Assembly (NCBI GenBank): GCA_965277285.1
Contig: OZ255721.1
Span: 1,152,001-1,216,000, forward strand
Length of the DNA stretch: 64,000 nt
Reading direction: 5' to 3'
Source: Abditibacteriaceae bacterium
GTDB lineage: Bacteria; Armatimonadota; Abditibacteriia; Abditibacteriales; Abditibacteriaceae
In this document: one piece after another, positions 1 to 9,946 of the stretch
Layout of the letters: every line of letters starts with the position of its first letter
Numbering within the stretch: the first letter of the stretch is position 1
Translations under genes and position numbers: made by a program
Notes under the pieces: generated by a model
Databases searched by the model: none
Seen by the model: the letters and a program-made list of their open reading frames with translations, nothing else
Told to the model about the DNA's origin: nothing

Positions 1-383
1 CGCGATAAATGAACGTGGTGGCGACGCATCGGGCGCAAACCTTCGCGCAAAATTGTGGCGACAGTTTGCGCGCCCGTTCCATGATACAAAACATCGGGCG
101 GCGTTTGCGGCGAAAGTTGCAAGTCGATTTCGATGCTGTGACCTTGACTGGCGCGGATCTTTGTGCCATCGTCGCTAAACGAAAACCGTTGTTTCGAGTT
201 CTCCGCGACAACGCGATTCAAATCGTCGCGCGTAAAGTGCATTGCATTTTTGGCGCAGGCACGCATCAAATCGTCCACCGAAATCCATCCGGCAGAATCC
301 AGTTCCAAACCGATACGTTCGGGCGCGTGGCGCAAGTGCTTGCTCAAGTATTTGCTGATTTTTATCAAACGTTCAGGTGTCAT
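1..383 (-). CDS. kptA: RNA 2'-phosphotransferase (Tpt1/KptA family), truncated at window start
   Basis: Not in the ORF track; translated by hand from ATG 383: MTPERLIKISKYLSKHLRHAPERIGL...KQRF...IRASQGHS...LYHGT...RHHVHLS, the KptA motifs. Start overlaps the mutM stop (ATGA at 380-383). Confidence 0.93.
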   Translation of the reverse strand, partial: MTPERLIKISKYLSKHLRHAPERIGLELDSAGWISVDDLMRACAKNAMHFTRDDLNRVVAENSKQRFSFSDDGTKIRASQGHSIEIDLQLSPQTPPDVLYHGTGAQTVATILREGLRPMRRHHVHLS

Positions 384-1228
384 TTCGTGGCCTTCATTTT
401 CTGGCAGCGCGGACAAAAGTGATAGGAGCGCGCGCTCTTCCCGTTTCCCAAAACACCGCGCTGAATTGGAGTTTGACAGATCGCGCACGGTTCGTTGGTG
501 TGACCGTAAACGTGCGGAATATATTCGCCGAAGTTGCCAAAAGTATCCTGATAACCGCCGTCTTTCAAGGTCGCGCCGCGCGCCGCAATCGCACGTTCCA
601 AAACCGGTTTCATGTGCGACACGATTTCGCGCAATTTGCGCGGGGAAACTTCGCTGGCCATTTGCGCCGGATGAACACCAGCCAGAAAACAAACTTCGTC
701 AGCGTAAATGTTTCCCAGACCGGCGACCAGACTTTGATCGAGCAGCGCCGCTTTAATCTTCGTCTTTCGAGTACTCAATTTCTTCGCCAGCGCGAGTTCA
801 TCGAAATCCGAATCCAAAGGTTCCGGCCCCATCGCGCTTAAAAACGGCAGTTCGCGCGCCACGCCCAGGGCGCCGAAAGTGCGCGGATCGGTAAAAACTA
901 ATCGCTTGCCATTTGCAAATTGCAATACGCCATGAACGTGTTTGGGCAACGTTTCGGCGCTCAATTGACCATGGTTTTCTTCGACGTGCAGTCGTCCCGT
1001 CATGCCAAGATGAACCAGCAAATTCGACTCGTTGTCGAGCGGAAAATAAAGCTGCTTGCCGCGCCGTTTGGCGCCGATGATTCGCGCACCTTGCAATGTT
1101 GATTGAAACTCTTCAACGCTCGGTTTGGTGATGCGCGGCAAACGCGCCCAGGTTTGCACAACCGTTTCGCCGACGATTTGCGGCTCGAGTTGACGACGCA
1201 CAGTTTCAGCTTCGGGAAGTTCAGGCAT
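380..1228 (-). CDS. mutM: Formamidopyrimidine-DNA glycosylase (Fpg)
   Basis: N-terminal MPELPE (ATG 1228), HLGMTG, DPRTFG, GLGNIYADE and a C-terminal CxxC...CPRCQ zinc finger. Confidence 0.96.
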   Translation of the reverse strand: MPELPEAETVRRQLEPQIVGETVVQTWARLPRITKPSVEEFQSTLQGARIIGAKRRGKQLYFPLDNESNLLVHLGMTGRLHVEENHGQLSAETLPKHVHGVLQFANGKRLVFTDPRTFGALGVARELPFLSAMGPEPLDSDFDELALAKKLSTRKTKIKAALLDQSLVAGLGNIYADEVCFLAGVHPAQMASEVSPRKLREIVSHMKPVLERAIAARGATLKDGGYQDTFGNFGEYIPHVYGHTNEPCAICQTPIQRGVLGNGKSARSYHFCPRCQKMKATK

Positions 1229-1299
1229 AAGAAATCGAACGTTTAAGAACGTGTCGCGGTTGCTTTGGCGAACAAACAAAAATAGGACATGGCAGTTGC

Positions 1300-1379
1300 G
1301 CCGACACGGATTAAACGGGTAAAGACGGATCAGAATTAAATTAATAAACCCATGTTCATCCGTTTAATCCATGTCGGCG
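1300..1379. repeat. Intergenic imperfect inverted repeat (REP-like)
   Basis: gccgacacggattaaacgg ... ccgtttaatccatgtcggc. Confidence 0.6.
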
Positions 1380-1397
1380 CAGCCGCCGTGTCCCAAT

Positions 1398-2348
1398 CTA
1401 TGAAAGCACTTTTCCAGAAGAACGCAGCAGATTGAGTTTTAAGAGTAGAAACGGTGCGCCAAAGGTGATCCAGATTGTCAGCAAAGTGTAACGAATAAAG
1501 CGGAAAATTTGCGCCGCAATTTCCGGCTGATGCGGAGAAACCAACGCCAAACCTTCGTAGCAAACTATTACGCCGATGAGCGCAACAATGAAACGCAACA
1601 CTTTTTGAGGCAACGTTCCAACGGTTTCAAAACGTGCGCAACGTTGTGCCCAACTCGCGCCGCAACCCAAACCAAAAATCGCTCCGCTGCGTGCTACAAT
1701 CGCATCCCAAACGCGCGCCTGTGCAAAATAATTGGCGTAAGAAACCGCTGAACTGGGAACAACGAGTACTCGAATCGCGCCGAACAAAGCCAACATCAAA
1801 AACGCGATGAGCAACGAAGAACCGATTTGAAGCGCCAAATGTTGTCTGGCGAACCAACGCGAAAAACGCGGCTCGATTTTTAGAAAAACCCAGAGGAAGG
1901 CGACACCAATCAAGACGCCGCCAGCGACATCAAGCAAAAAATGCACGCCCAGAAAAACGCGCGAAATCGCAATCAAAGCGATCAGCAAAGTTGCGGCGAA
2001 ATACGTCCAACTTCGTTTCGACTGATGCGCCAGAAAAAGCCATCCCGATGCCGCGACTTGTGCATGGCTCGACGGAAAACCGAAACTCGCTTCAGTTGCG
2101 AAAACCTTGACGCGCGCATCAATCCAATACGGACGCGGCAGCGAAAACGCGATTTTCAACAAGCCGCATAATGCGTCAGAACATAAAATCAGCGCGCCCA
2201 AACGCAAGCCAATGCTGCGATTGATGCACAAATAAACGAGCGGCAAAAGCAACAAGAAAAACTCTTCGTTGCCCAAAAAAGTCGCCGCTTTCATCAAGGG
2301 CGTGAGAAATTGAAAATGTTGCAGCCAAAGGTTGGGAGCCGTAGACAT
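1398..2348 (-). CDS. PAP2-family membrane phosphatase
   Basis: KIAFSLPRP, FPSSHA and SRVFLGVHF motifs; many hydrophobic segments. Start moved to ATG 2348 because the longer ORF runs through a repeat. Confidence 0.88.
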   Translation of the reverse strand: MSTAPNLWLQHFQFLTPLMKAATFLGNEEFFLLLLPLVYLCINRSIGLRLGALILCSDALCGLLKIAFSLPRPYWIDARVKVFATEASFGFPSSHAQVAASGWLFLAHQSKRSWTYFAATLLIALIAISRVFLGVHFLLDVAGGVLIGVAFLWVFLKIEPRFSRWFARQHLALQIGSSLLIAFLMLALFGAIRVLVVPSSAVSYANYFAQARVWDAIVARSGAIFGLGCGASWAQRCARFETVGTLPQKVLRFIVALIGVIVCYEGLALVSPHQPEIAAQIFRFIRYTLLTIWITFGAPFLLLKLNLLRSSGKVLS

Positions 2349-2399
2349 AAAAAGCGCGAATCGAGTACTCGATTCGCGGTGGAAAGATTTAAGACGACG

Positions 2400-2467
2400 A
2401 GCGAACCCGAAGCGTGAGCGAGGGAGATCCGTTTGATAATCTCCCTCGCTCACGCTTCGGGTTCGCT
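2400..2467. repeat. REP-like inverted repeat, family A (AACCCGNAGCGTRAGCGA)
   Basis: 29-bp perfect arms at 2400-2428 and 2439-2467, at the 3' end of accA. Confidence 0.85.
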
Positions 2468-3452
2468 AAGAAACTGCTGCGTTGCCGACGACTTCGCGGC
2501 CATCGAAATCGCCGTATTTGCGGTAACGCTGGTAACGCTGCTCGATTAAATCGTTCGAGGATAAACGCGACAATTCATTTAAGTGGCGATCCAAGGCATC
2601 GCCCAGCGCCATGCACATTTTGCCCAGATTACGATGCGCGCCGCCCAAGGGTTCGGGCACGATTTCTTCGATAATTCCCAAACGCTGCGCGTCCTGCGCA
2701 GTAATCTTCAAAGCTTCGGCACTATCGGCTGCTTTGGCCGGATCACGGTAGAGAATGCTGGCGCAACCTTCGGGCGAAATCACCGAATAATACGAATGTT
2801 CCAGCATCATTACGCGGTCGCCCAATGCCAGCGCAATCGCGCCGCCGGAGCAGCCTTCGCCGGTAATGACAACGACAATCGGCACGGGCAACTGGCTCAT
2901 AACCCATTGATTGCGCGCAATCGCTTCAGAAATGCCGCGTTCTTCGGCTGCCGGCGTGCAGGCGGCGCCTGGCGTATCGACAAAACTAATAATTGGGCGA
3001 TTGTAGCGCGCCGCGAGTTCCATCACGCGCTGGGCTTTGCGCAGACCTTCGGGGCTGGCTTGTCCAAAATTGCGCTCCTGGCGTTCTTTGGTGTCGCGGC
3101 CTTTCTGGTTGCCGATAATGGCGACGGCGCGGCCATTGAAGCGACCAAAACCGGCGATGATGGCGCCATCGTCGCCGTAAGCGCGGTCACCGTGCAATTC
3201 GACCCATTCGGAACAAAGGGCGCCGACATAATCGAGCGCATAAGGGCGCTTGGGATGACGCGCCATTTGCACTTTTTCCCACGGCGTCAAGTCGGAGAAG
3301 ATGTCGCGCATGGCAGCTTGCTTGCGGTCTTCCAAACGCGCCAGTTGCGGCGACACATCAATGCCTTCGCGCGCGGCTAAAGTCTTGAGTTTTTCGATTT
3401 GTTCTTCCAGTGCGACGAGGGGTTCTTCCAAAGGTAACCAACGCGAAAGCAT
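2466..3452 (-). CDS. accA: Acetyl-CoA carboxylase carboxyltransferase alpha subunit
   Basis: ARHPKRP, ELHGDR, GRDTKE, DTPGA, YSVISPEGCASIL. Confidence 0.97.
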   Translation of the reverse strand: MLSRWLPLEEPLVALEEQIEKLKTLAAREGIDVSPQLARLEDRKQAAMRDIFSDLTPWEKVQMARHPKRPYALDYVGALCSEWVELHGDRAYGDDGAIIAGFGRFNGRAVAIIGNQKGRDTKERQERNFGQASPEGLRKAQRVMELAARYNRPIISFVDTPGAACTPAAEERGISEAIARNQWVMSQLPVPIVVVITGEGCSGGAIALALGDRVMMLEHSYYSVISPEGCASILYRDPAKAADSAEALKITAQDAQRLGIIEEIVPEPLGGAHRNLGKMCMALGDALDRHLNELSRLSSNDLIEQRYQRYRKYGDFDGREVVGNAAVS

Positions 3453-3541
3453 GACGACTCCGAATGAGTGCGGTTTAAGTTTGTATCAAGAAATCAAGAA
3501 ATACGGCGTTTCGAGTACTCGATTTCAATTTCGTGTGGCGC

Positions 3542-3627
3542 AACGAACCCGCAGCGTAAGCGACGGGCTTAAGTGATAGCTAAATGTAAGTGCTGCTTAA
3601 GCCCGTCGCTTACGCTGCGGGTTCGTT
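3542..3627. repeat. REP-like inverted repeat, family A
   Basis: 32-bp perfect arms at 3542-3573 and 3596-3627, between accD and accA. Confidence 0.85.
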
Positions 3628-4618
3628 AATCCAGCAATAAGCCCAAGATTTGGCCGATGGATTCTTTTAATTTGGCGCGCGAAACGATCATGTCCAATTG
3701 CCCGTGCGCCATTTGAAACTCCGCCGATTGAAAATCTTTCGGCAATTTGATACGCAAGTTCTGCTCGATAACGCGCGCTCCGGTGAAACCAATCAAAGCG
3801 CCTGGTTCGGCGATTGTTACATCGCCTAAAGACGCAAACGAGGCTTGAACTCCGGCGGTCGAAGGATCGGTTAAAACCACGATGTACGGCAAGCCGGCGT
3901 TTTGCAGGCGCGCCACGGCGGACGACGTTTTCGCCATTTGCATCAGGCTCATCAAGCCTTCCTGCATGCGCGCGCCGCCGGTACTTGTCACCATGATGGC
4001 GGGAATTTTTTCGTCCAGGCAATGTTCCAGCAGGCGCGTCACTTTTTCGCCGAAAACGCTGCCCATCGAGCCGCCCATAAAACCGAAATCGCTGGCGCCA
4101 ATTCCGAGTACTCGATTGTCCAAAGTCGCGCGACCAATGACGCACGAATCTTTGAGATGCGTTTTCAGTTGCGCTACGGTACGCTTGGCTTCGTAACCTG
4201 GAAAACCCAGCGGATCGCGCGGCGAAAGCTCGCTGTCCCATTCCTGAAAGGAATTTTCGTCAATTAAAAGCGCGATGCGTTCGTGCGCAGGAAGTCGCGT
4301 GTGATGGTTGCAACGCGCGCAAACTTTGAGGTCGCGCAGCCAATCTTTGGTGACCAGAAGCGCGCCGCAGTGCTCGCATTTAGTCATCAAATTATCGGGG
4401 ATACTTTCCAGGCGAATGGTGGAATCGCGGTCGGCAGACTGCAGACCGTTTGGATAAGCGCTGGCGTTTTGAGACGACACACCGTTTTCTTCCTGCCCGT
4501 TTTGAGGCGCGCTCTGCGGAGCGAAACCGTTCAAGTGCGCGCCGCTGCCGCCGTTTTGTGAAAGCCCGTGATTGATACCGTTGGTCATGTGAGGTTGGAG
4601 CGAATCTGTCATCGCCAT
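3626..4618 (-). CDS. accD: Acetyl-CoA carboxylase carboxyltransferase beta subunit
   Basis: Zinc ribbon KCEHC...VCARC, FMGGSMGSV, GGARMQEG, EPGALIGFTG; low-complexity N-terminal extension. Confidence 0.96.
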   Translation of the reverse strand: MAMTDSLQPHMTNGINHGLSQNGGSGAHLNGFAPQSAPQNGQEENGVSSQNASAYPNGLQSADRDSTIRLESIPDNLMTKCEHCGALLVTKDWLRDLKVCARCNHHTRLPAHERIALLIDENSFQEWDSELSPRDPLGFPGYEAKRTVAQLKTHLKDSCVIGRATLDNRVLGIGASDFGFMGGSMGSVFGEKVTRLLEHCLDEKIPAIMVTSTGGARMQEGLMSLMQMAKTSSAVARLQNAGLPYIVVLTDPSTAGVQASFASLGDVTIAEPGALIGFTGARVIEQNLRIKLPKDFQSAEFQMAHGQLDMIVSRAKLKESIGQILGLLLD

Positions 4619-4800
4619 CGAAATTCCCTGTTAAAACTCTTTAATCTTCTCTGATTTGGCGCTTTCCTTCAAGCCGGACGCGCGATACGCAAAGTCTGCA
4701 ATTGTTGCCGAAGGGCGCGCCGCGTAAAATAATGCACGTCAGACGCCGCGTTTTGCCCGATTTTGCGCCGCTTCGAGTACTCGATTTCGCTTTTCCTCTT

Positions 4801-6015
4801 ATGCAACACAATCTTTCCGACAATTCCGAAAACTCTTCTGAATCCGATTGGCGTTCTGCCACGCCAGATTCCACACCCAGTTCCGCGTCGTCTTCGGCCA
4901 GCGATTTGACGCCTGAACGCGCGCGCATCGACGCTCTGGACGACGAGATTTTAAGTTTGCTCAATCAACGCGTCGAATGTGCGCTGCGCGTCGGCGCGAA
5001 AAAAGAAGCGCTCGGCTTGCCGCTTTTCGACCCAAGCCGCGAACGCCTGATTTACGAACGCTTGCGCACCAAAAGTTTGCAACACGGCAGCGCGCTCAGC
5101 GAAATCGCCGTGACCGCGATTTTCCGCGAAATCATTTCCGCTTGCCGCAATGCCGAAGGCGCCACGCGCGTCGCGTTTCTTGGCCCCAGCGGAACCAATA
5201 CGCAGGAAGCCGCCGTGCAGTATTTCGGTTCGGCCTTCGCGCCGGTTCCCTGCGGCACGCCCAAAGACGTATGCGACGCGGTTTTGCGTGGTCTTCAAGG
5301 ACGCAATTCGAGTACTGGAAATGCGCCCGACAGCGCCGATTATGGCGTCATCGCCATTGAAAACTCGATTGAAGGAATCGTGTCGTCCAACCTTGATTTG
5401 CTGGCCGATTCTGAACTCGCAATCGTCGCCGAAATCGAGCTGGTGATTCATCATTGCCTGTTGTCGAACGCCGATTTAGGTCGCATCACGACGATTTATT
5501 CTCACCCGCACGCAATTGCGCAATGTCGCAACTGGCTCGCGGCGCATTTGCCGTCTTCGTCGCTGGTTCCGGTTTCCAGCACGGCGCGCGGCGCGGAAAT
5601 GGCGACAACCGAAACTGGCGCCGCAGCCATCGGCGCTTCGATTGCCGCCAACATTTACGGCTTGCAAATCGTGGCCAGCGGCATCGAAGATTTGTCGAAC
5701 AATAAAACGCGCTTTTTCGTGGTCGCGCCGCCCAGCAAAGCGCCCAAACCCAGCGGACACGATAAAACGTCGCTGGCGTTTTTGGTGCCTCATCAGCCGG
5801 GCGCGCTGGTTCGAGTACTCGATGTCTTCCAAAAGCACGGCATCAACCTTTCGATGATCCAATCGCGGCCTTCGCGCCAGGCGAACTGGGAATATCGCTT
5901 TTTCGCCGATGTGCAAGCGCATCAAGGCGACGAACATTTGCAAAATGCTTTGGCTGAACTCAACAAACACACGGTTTCCGTGAAAATTATGGGCAGCTAT
6001 CCCGAAGCGAGTTGA
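4801..6015 (+). CDS. pheA: Bifunctional chorismate mutase / prephenate dehydratase
   Basis: Chorismate mutase domain (RARIDALDDEIL...RE), FLGPSGT, ENSIEG, NKTRF and an ACT domain (SRPS). Start uncertain. Confidence 0.94.
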   Translation: MQHNLSDNSENSSESDWRSATPDSTPSSASSSASDLTPERARIDALDDEILSLLNQRVECALRVGAKKEALGLPLFDPSRERLIYERLRTKSLQHGSALSEIAVTAIFREIISACRNAEGATRVAFLGPSGTNTQEAAVQYFGSAFAPVPCGTPKDVCDAVLRGLQGRNSSTGNAPDSADYGVIAIENSIEGIVSSNLDLLADSELAIVAEIELVIHHCLLSNADLGRITTIYSHPHAIAQCRNWLAAHLPSSSLVPVSSTARGAEMATTETGAAAIGASIAANIYGLQIVASGIEDLSNNKTRFFVVAPPSKAPKPSGHDKTSLAFLVPHQPGALVRVLDVFQKHGINLSMIQSRPSRQANWEYRFFADVQAHQGDEHLQNALAELNKHTVSVKIMGSYPEAS

Positions 6016-6051
6016 GTGCTGCTTCAATGGTATTCAAAAGGAATCGAGTAC

Positions 6052-6498
6052 TCAATTCTCGGCAATGAATAACGTTCCGTGTCTGGCCGCTATCGAGTGA
6101 ATCTTTGCTTCCGTTATTCCATGTGCTCTAAGCGGGCCGCCACCATCATCAATCAGAACGCCGCCCACCGAGTCGGAACCTGACTCAACGGCTGTCGCAG
6201 CTTGTCGGTCGTATTCAATTTCCGAGCGTTCAATGAGCTGATTCGATCCTTTCACCGTATAAGCAACGACGAAGCGATTGATTCCCACATGTGTTTTCAA
6301 GAGTTGCGATAGTTTCTGCCAAGTCCGACGTTCGCCTGTTTCAGCATCGGGAACTACACCTAAATCAAGCCGCAGCGGTTTCTCTTCCACTGTTTTGTGC
6401 TTGAGTGCCAAAACGAAAACTGGTGTCAGAGAAATCAGCACGAAAAATGCGAGTGTTTTTCTCTTTTTCGACTTCTTATTCTCAATAGAAAATGACAT
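6052..6498 (-). CDS. Hypothetical protein with N-terminal membrane anchor
   Basis: Open frame with a basic N-terminus followed by a hydrophobic segment; no family recognised. Confidence 0.55.
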   Translation of the reverse strand: MSFSIENKKSKKRKTLAFFVLISLTPVFVLALKHKTVEEKPLRLDLGVVPDAETGERRTWQKLSQLLKTHVGINRFVVAYTVKGSNQLIERSEIEYDRQAATAVESGSDSVGGVLIDDGGGPLRAHGITEAKIHSIAARHGTLFIAEN

Positions 6499-6511
6499 CA
6501 AGTTCCTCGTT

Positions 6512-7849
6512 TCAGCTTGACATCTGCTTACGCACAATGAAAATCTTGTGCGGGCGGCGGCCTCTCATGCTTTGAACTGTCAGTGTTGCATTCGCGGTTT
6601 CCACGCGGTCGCCGACTAAAAGAGCGCGTCCCAATTGTTCGATCATAAAGCCGCCGACGCTGTCGAATTCGCCGGACGGCAAGATCAAATCCCATAATTC
6701 TTGCAGGTCGTCGGTATGTAAAAGCGCGTCGGCGATGGCGGAATGCTCGTCTAAAATCTGCAGTGGCGTCGGTTCGCGCTTGTCGTGTTCATCCGCGATG
6801 TCGCCGACCAATTCTTCCAAAATATCTTCGACCGTCAAAAGTCCCGCGATGCCGCCGTATTCGTCCATCACCAGCGCCAGGTGCGTTTTCGCGCGCTGCA
6901 TTCGCGCCAAAGCTTCGTCAATTTTTTGTCCTTCGGGAACATACAAGACTGGTCGCATCACGTCGCCGATTTGGAAATCGCGTTCGCCTTGCGCCCATTT
7001 TCTCAGAATATCTTTGACGTGCAAAACACCTGCAACGTGATCCAGATCGGCCTGGTAAATTGGCAGGCGCGAAAAACCGCTGCTTTGCAACGATTCGAGT
7101 ACTCGATGCGTGGAAGAATCGTGCGGCAGCGCGAAAATATCGGTGCGCGGCACCATAATTTCGTGAACGCGTGTGTCGCCAAAGGTGAAAATGCTTTCCA
7201 TCAGTTCGCGCCCGCTGTCTTCCAGCGTGCCCGCATCGTGCGCCGATTCGACCAGGTCGCGGATTTCCTCGCTTCGTTCCTCGTCTTCATCTTCGCGTTG
7301 CGAACTTCCCTCGCGGCGTAGCGGACGCACCTTCAAAACGCCCAAAGGTCGCAACAACGCGGCGCCAACAAACAACAAAAGCGCGACGAACGGGCGCAGC
7401 AGAAAAACCAGCAAGCGCGCTGGCGCAAACCACCACGCGCGACGCGACGATTCTTCGCGCTGGCGCGACGCCACCAACAAGCGCGGCCCCATTTGAAAAA
7501 CCGCAATCGCTGCCAATCCCAACAAAGCGCACGCTACAAATGCGGGGAAAGTTGCGCCATAATGTCGCAGCATCGCGTGCGCGCACAAAACCGCCGAGGC
7601 GAGAAAAGGCACGCTCGCCGCGATTGTCACCGTCGCAATGAAACGCTGCGCATCGTCGGTCAAACCCGACACGCCCAGCGCATCATCGTCCGCATTTCCC
7701 GTACTCGAAGCCGTTGAAGTACCCGATTTCCCGGCGTGCATTTGCAGCCATTGTTGCAGGCGCACGCGATTGGTCGCCGCCAGCGCGCCTTCGGACGCCG
7801 ACAGCAAAGCGACCAGAACCAGGCAAACGATCAGCGCGACATAAATCAT
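6512..7849 (-). CDS. CNNM/hemolysin-family CBS-domain protein (HlyC/CorC type)
   Basis: N-terminal TM (DUF21-like), IMVPRTDI, FSRLPIY, DEYGGIAGLLTVEDILEELVGDIADEHD, C-terminal CorC domain. Confidence 0.9.
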   Translation of the reverse strand: MIYVALIVCLVLVALLSASEGALAATNRVRLQQWLQMHAGKSGTSTASSTGNADDDALGVSGLTDDAQRFIATVTIAASVPFLASAVLCAHAMLRHYGATFPAFVACALLGLAAIAVFQMGPRLLVASRQREESSRRAWWFAPARLLVFLLRPFVALLLFVGAALLRPLGVLKVRPLRREGSSQREDEDEERSEEIRDLVESAHDAGTLEDSGRELMESIFTFGDTRVHEIMVPRTDIFALPHDSSTHRVLESLQSSGFSRLPIYQADLDHVAGVLHVKDILRKWAQGERDFQIGDVMRPVLYVPEGQKIDEALARMQRAKTHLALVMDEYGGIAGLLTVEDILEELVGDIADEHDKREPTPLQILDEHSAIADALLHTDDLQELWDLILPSGEFDSVGGFMIEQLGRALLVGDRVETANATLTVQSMRGRRPHKIFIVRKQMSS

Positions 7850-9300
7850 AAGGATGTTGGCGCAAGCGAACGAGACAAGCGCACTTTCTCGATTTCCTGG
7901 CCATTGATTTCCACAATTTCCAATTCCATAACAAAAGTTGCAGCATCGCTTCCCGCCGCGTCGTCGCTTTCTTCCAAAATGACAAAACCGGCTGTAACGC
8001 GCGCGCCGCTCGCTGTTTCCGGTGTGTTTTCAGATAACAATTGCACCGCGAACTCGCGCAATGAAAGCGAAGAGGGCGCGGCTTCTTCGTTCAATTGCAA
8101 ATGCAGGTTTTCGTCATAAGTCTCGCGCCAGAAACGTTGCACTTCGCGCACTTTGACATCCGCGTCGCACAAAACGCTGTATCTTCGAGTACTCGATTCG
8201 GCTTCCTCTTCGCGCACCATGAGCGGCGCTTCGTCGTCGTATTCGTCCTGGATTTCGCCGACGATTTCTTCCAGCAAATCTTCCAGCGTCACGATGCCGA
8301 CCATTTCGCTTGCCTGGTTGCGCACAATCGCCATCAAAGAACGCCGACGTCGCAATTCTTCTAATACGTTTGCCACCGGCGCATCTTCCTCGACCCACAG
8401 CGGCGCGCGCATGATGTCGCGCACGCGATGTTTTGCCGATGGATTGTCTTGTGCGCCGAACAGTTCGTCGCCAAAAGGAACTAAATCTTTGGCCGCGACG
8501 ATGCCGACAATATGGCGCGCTTCGTCAATGACTGGCAGGCGCGAATGGCTTTCGCTCATCGCGATTTGCAGTGCAACGAGCAAGCTGTCGCTTTCGCAGA
8601 CGACGACCATTTCGCTTTGCGGCGTCATCACTTCGCGGACGTGGCGTTCTCGAAAATCCATAGCACCTTCGAGAAGCGCGCGTTCATCGCTTTCGATAAC
8701 GCCCGCTTCTTCGGCGGTCGCTAAAGCCGTACGCAGTTCGTGCGGCGTCACGGTGGCCATGTTGGAAGACGCCGCGCCCAGAGTTTTCGCGCCCAAACTT
8801 CCGGCGCCTTTCAAGAGCGCGATCAAAGGATTGAGGAAACGAATCGCCGCTTTGATCCAGGGCGCGCCGCGCATCGCCGTCGTTTCGGGATGGCGCGCCG
8901 CGATCAGCAACGGCAACACTTCAGCGCAAAAAACAACGCTCGCCAGCGCCACGATTTGCTCGATCCAGTTCCAACCGGCGCGCGCGGCGTGCCACACAAT
9001 GGCGCACGCTGCCGTCCACATCGTCAGCGACGTGACGGACAAAAACATCCACGCCAAGCGTTGCGGCGTTTCCAATAATTCGAGCACTTGCAACGCGCGA
9101 TTGAGCGGTGCTGACGGCGCGTTCGAGTACTCGATAGCGGTTTGAGAAGAGGACAACGAATGCGAAAGTTCGTCGTCTTCGGCGGCCATTTCAGCGGCTA
9201 AGGCGCGCAATCGCGTCCGCGAACTGGCGTTGGTCGCCACTTCGAGCGCCGTAAAAATGGCTTCGATGAGCGTGCAAAAAAGGGCGACCGCGATCCACAT
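7846..9300 (-). CDS. Second CNNM/hemolysin-family CBS-domain protein
   Basis: VREVMTP, HSRLPV, GIVTLEDLLEEIVGEIQDEYD; stop overlaps the start of the next gene. Confidence 0.88.
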   Translation of the reverse strand: MWIAVALFCTLIEAIFTALEVATNASSRTRLRALAAEMAAEDDELSHSLSSSQTAIEYSNAPSAPLNRALQVLELLETPQRLAWMFLSVTSLTMWTAACAIVWHAARAGWNWIEQIVALASVVFCAEVLPLLIAARHPETTAMRGAPWIKAAIRFLNPLIALLKGAGSLGAKTLGAASSNMATVTPHELRTALATAEEAGVIESDERALLEGAMDFRERHVREVMTPQSEMVVVCESDSLLVALQIAMSESHSRLPVIDEARHIVGIVAAKDLVPFGDELFGAQDNPSAKHRVRDIMRAPLWVEEDAPVANVLEELRRRRSLMAIVRNQASEMVGIVTLEDLLEEIVGEIQDEYDDEAPLMVREEEAESSTRRYSVLCDADVKVREVQRFWRETYDENLHLQLNEEAAPSSLSLREFAVQLLSENTPETASGARVTAGFVILEESDDAAGSDAATFVMELEIVEINGQEIEKVRLSRSLAPTSL

Positions 9301-9331
9301 AAGTGACGAACTGGTGTTTCAACCAACAAAG

Positions 9332-9411
9332 AACCCCGAGCGTGAGCGACGGGTGTAACGTATAAGTTACATGAAGCTGTTACGCAACACCCGTCGCTTA
9401 CGCTCAGGGTT
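9332..9411. repeat. REP-like inverted repeat, family A
   Basis: aaccccgagcgtgagcgacgggtgt / acacccgtcgcttacgctcagggtt; overlaps the ybeY stop. Confidence 0.8.
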
Positions 9412-9946
9412 TTTCATGAAAATGTAGCGACTTTCGTCGCGCTTGCAAACGCTCCACGATTTGGTCTTGCTGCTTCCACATGCGGCGGCGATCTTTGGCG
9501 TTCATGTGGTCGAAACCCAGTAAGTGCAACGCGCCATGAACGCACAAAAATTGGGTTTCCTCTTCCAGAGAATGCGCACGTTCTGCGGCCTGGCGCTGCG
9601 CGGTTTCAATTGAAATCACGATGTCGCCTAAAACCTGCGCGCCGTTTTCTGTCGCTTCGACAGGAAAGTCTTCGCCTTCATTTTGCGCGAAAGACAAAAC
9701 GTCAGTTGGCTTGTTTTTGCCGCGATAATGCGCGTTCAGTTCGTGGATTTCATCATCGTTCACCAACGACAACGCGACTTCATATCGAGTACTCGAAAGC
9801 GCTTCCTGGACAACCGCAGCGAGCGTTTCACGAATAGCGCGGCGCGCGATCGTGTTGAAAGTGCGCCGGTTCACAGCGGGACAAGCGCCTTGCGCGGTGC
9901 GGCTCCAAGTCACAGCAACGTGGATATTCTTGAGCGAAGCAATCAT
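9404..9946 (-). CDS. ybeY: rRNA maturation endoribonuclease YbeY
   Basis: LNAHYRGKNKPTDVLSF, LGDIVIS, HGALHLLGFDH. Confidence 0.96.
   Translation of the reverse strand: MIASLKNIHVAVTWSRTAQGACPAVNRRTFNTIARRAIRETLAAVVQEALSSTRYEVALSLVNDDEIHELNAHYRGKNKPTDVLSFAQNEGEDFPVEATENGAQVLGDIVISIETAQRQAAERAHSLEEETQFLCVHGALHLLGFDHMNAKDRRRMWKQQDQIVERLQARRKSLHFHEKP

Noticed and set aside
9..841. Plus-strand ORFs 9-422, 163-756 and 377-841
   Set aside because: Antisense shadows of kptA and mutM.
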